DNA of 57,378 bases, the filler included, from Streblomastix strix (taxonomy: Eukaryota), in assembly GCA_008636045.1 (NCBI GenBank). It is 2 parts of 2 records of this genome, joined end to end, with 100 filler letters (N's around TTAATTAATTAA, not from the genome) between each part and the next. Parts side by side here need not be neighbours in the genome. Positions count along the whole stretch, not along the records: positions 28,747 to 57,378 come from SNRW01000118.1; 1 more part is not named here. One strand, written 5' to 3'. This document shows, one piece after another, positions 54,847 to 57,378 of this stretch. The position numbers and the translations under genes are program-made. The notes under the pieces were generated by a model. The model was not told the DNA's origin, searched no databases, and saw only the letters and a list, made by a program, of their open reading frames with translations. Position 1 is the first letter of the stretch. Each line of letters starts with the position of its first letter.

Positions 54847-55959
54847 TCATTCATCATCATCTGAGTAATCACGATCATTGCGCCTTGGTAATGGAGAGAG
54901 TGATTTATCTGTGGATTTATCACGGCCTTGTTTCCCAGGTGGTGAGCGGCGTTGAATCCCCTATCCAGATTTAATGGGTCTTTTCCCTTCATATTCATCA
55001 TCATCCAAACTGATTCTCCTCCTCTTCATTCCAGATGCTTATTGTTTATCTCTTCCTCTAATTGGCTCCCTCCTAATACGACCCCTTCTCTTATCTTCTT
55101 CTTCTTCTTCGTCATCATCATCCTCACTCTCATATCTTACTTTGTATCTTATTGGAGGTATCCTCTCTTTATCAATTCTTGTATCAACATCTCTTTTAGT
55201 TACTTTCTCTTATCTTCTTCTTCTATCATCTACACGATCATCTTCATACTCATAGTCATCATCATTCTCACTCTAATATCTCTCTCTCTTACGTTTGATT
55301 GGAATACGAGTGCGTTCTCTGTCACTGTTATCATATTCTATATCTGGATCTTCATGTTTACGTTTGATCTCAACTCTATTACGAACTTCCTTCCCACTTC
55401 TTTCAACACGATGATCATATTCACTTTCATCTGATTCATCTTCTTGGCTGTCATTTCTACGACCTTTGAATCTATCTCTCTCAATATCTCTAATTCTTCC
55501 TCTAAATTTAGGAGTATCCTTATCATATTCATTTCTATGATTCTATGTTCTATCTCTATTATCTCTATATTCAGGTCTTCTTCTTTCTTCTTCCTTATTC
55601 TTATCTTAATCTCTTTCTCTTATTCTTTCTCTCTCTTTATCTTTCTCAATATTTCTATCTCTATCTCTATCAATATCCCTAATCTTATCTCTTTCTCTTT
55701 CCCTGTCATGTTTATGATCATCATTACTGTGGTGGTGGTGATGATGATGATCATGGTCCCTATCTGGATATCCATATTGTTAGTCTCTACTATTGGCACT
55801 TCTATCCCATCCTTCTCTCATTGAATCTTTATTCCAATTACTCTGTTGATTATATCCATATCTCTATTGATATTTGAATTACGGATCTCTTCTAATATGA
55901 TATTGGATTATAAGTTCACGGTTCTTGAATGGCTGTAATTATAAGGACTAATATATTAA

Positions 55960-55994
<35 letters not shown>

Positions 55995-56952
55995 CGAATC
56001 TTTGGTCATAATCATTTAAAGATAAACATCAAACATTAAAAGCTTTCACAGCATCTTCTTATTTTTCAAAATCTACAAATGCAAAGCAATTTTGTCCCTA
56101 AATATAAATTAATTAATAATTTAAATATATACATTCTGATTTCATATTCTAGATATACAACATACATTATTTCTTATTGTTATTTTACTAGTCTTCCCAA
56201 ACGTCTCAAAATGTTCTTTCAAATCACTTTCTTTTGTTTGTAATGGATCAAAATTAACAACAAATAGAGTACTACTGGGTTTTTTAAAGTTTTCATTATC
56301 AAACTGAAATTTCCTATGAAATAATGATTTATTCACCAGTAATGTGTGTATATCAATATAATAATATATATTCATTTGATGTAAATTGTTGATATATAAT
56401 CTGAGAATGAATTAGATTCATACTGCTTATCCGAGATTGTTGCCCTTTCAATCCTTATTTCTTTGTCCAAGAATTTGTACTTTTAGAATATTCTGATGCA
56501 GTCATACATTTATTGCTCAGTTTCAAAATGAATAAATGCAAATCCCTGTTTCATATCAATGCGTCGAGGTGGAGCAACTTTCTCGGATATTTCCCTTTTC
56601 AGCTTGAAATAGCACTCAGAATCAGTTGTGTTCAAGTTTCCTGTTGTATCCATTGTATGGAATAAATATTTATATTGAAGAACGAAGTAGGTAATAATAT
56701 TGCAATAATGTAGTTGTTAATGTAAATATATATGCCAATCAGTAGCTAATATAATGTAGTAAATAATAAAATGTGCATCATAGTCTAACCTACAAAGCAG
56801 ATATTGTGATTTTTGCCAACAACTAATTAATTCGAAATAGAATCTAGTTTTTCACTGTTATTAACATCTCCTTTTCCAGATGAATCTCCTGATCGATTCT
56901 CCTCATTCAGAGTGTCTGTTCCAGTGGATGCAGTGTCAGTCTTCGCGGTCAT
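54847..56952 (-). CDS. SR-type splicing factor, two RRMs plus RS/RD/RE tail (resembles the plant RS31/40/41 subfamily)
   Basis: CFV|GNL, RIDMKQGFAFIHF, KPSSTLFVVNFDPLQTKESDLKEHFETFGK, FAFVDFEKQEDAVKA. Four introns. Confidence 0.85.
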
Positions 56953-57378
56953 TTCTTCTTCGATCAAAAAATTTTTAAAATCGAAATAACAAATAATTAA
57001 CAGTACAAAGTTATAGATTGATAATAATGATTTGGTGTGAAAATTTGCCATTTAAATTCAAATTTTATAGTTATTATCAATAAACATAATAAGGAGTATT
57101 GATTTATGTTTATTAATATTTTCTTTATTAAATTTGCAATAATGGTGAGAATATTTATTTCTTTGCATGCAAGTTCTGATATATATTGGCATAGAATTAT
57201 ATAAAATTGGTGTATATTTCATTTGAAGTTCATTATGGCATGTGTAAAATGCATTTTTGTATAAATTTTGTAAACTGTGATTTTTTGGGGTTGGAACTTT
57301 TGAATATTTGTTAAATTGTATTAGATAAAAAACAACATATAATAGCTGATTTAATAAATATTTAAATATGGATAATAT

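Noticed and set aside
54952..55824. Long plus-strand hydrophobic ORFs in the track
   Set aside because: Antisense shadow of the RS/RE-rich tail of the SR protein on the minus strand.

Overview
AT-rich eukaryotic (protist) DNA with short spliceosomal introns. TAA/TAG are read as Gln, shown at conserved positions in beta-tubulin, uS9/RPS16, MCM8 and an acylphosphatase, so the supplied standard-code ORF track is mostly misleading. The style fits an oxymonad such as Streblomastix, but that is inference. An artificial N-TTAATTAATTAA-N linker (28647-28746) joins two contigs that may be unlinked. The left contig holds host genes: a C2H2 zinc-finger protein, RPS16, CSN6, an acylphosphatase, a SPRY-like protein, CWF19L2, a >2100-codon low-complexity gene, MCM8, RPS27a with only a vestigial ubiquitin, a coiled-coil protein and a Cof-type HAD hydrolase. 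Two families of near-identical intergenic cassettes sit directly in front of the start codons of unrelated genes. The right contig holds a decayed Polinton/Maverick-like endogenous virus (penton, probable major capsid, pVI-like protein, fibre, integrase, pPolB) carrying three nested insertions. One is a 6.4-kb element with 246-bp TIRs and a 6-bp TSD that encodes essentially only another pPolB. After it come a ~31.5-bp phased array, a truncated beta-tubulin and an RS-type splicing factor. Top leads: (1) mid-gene in-frame TGA codons suggesting all three stop codons can be sense; (2) the pPolB-only TIR element; (3) promoter/5'-UTR-intron cassettes shared by unrelated genes. All translations and alignments were done by eye.
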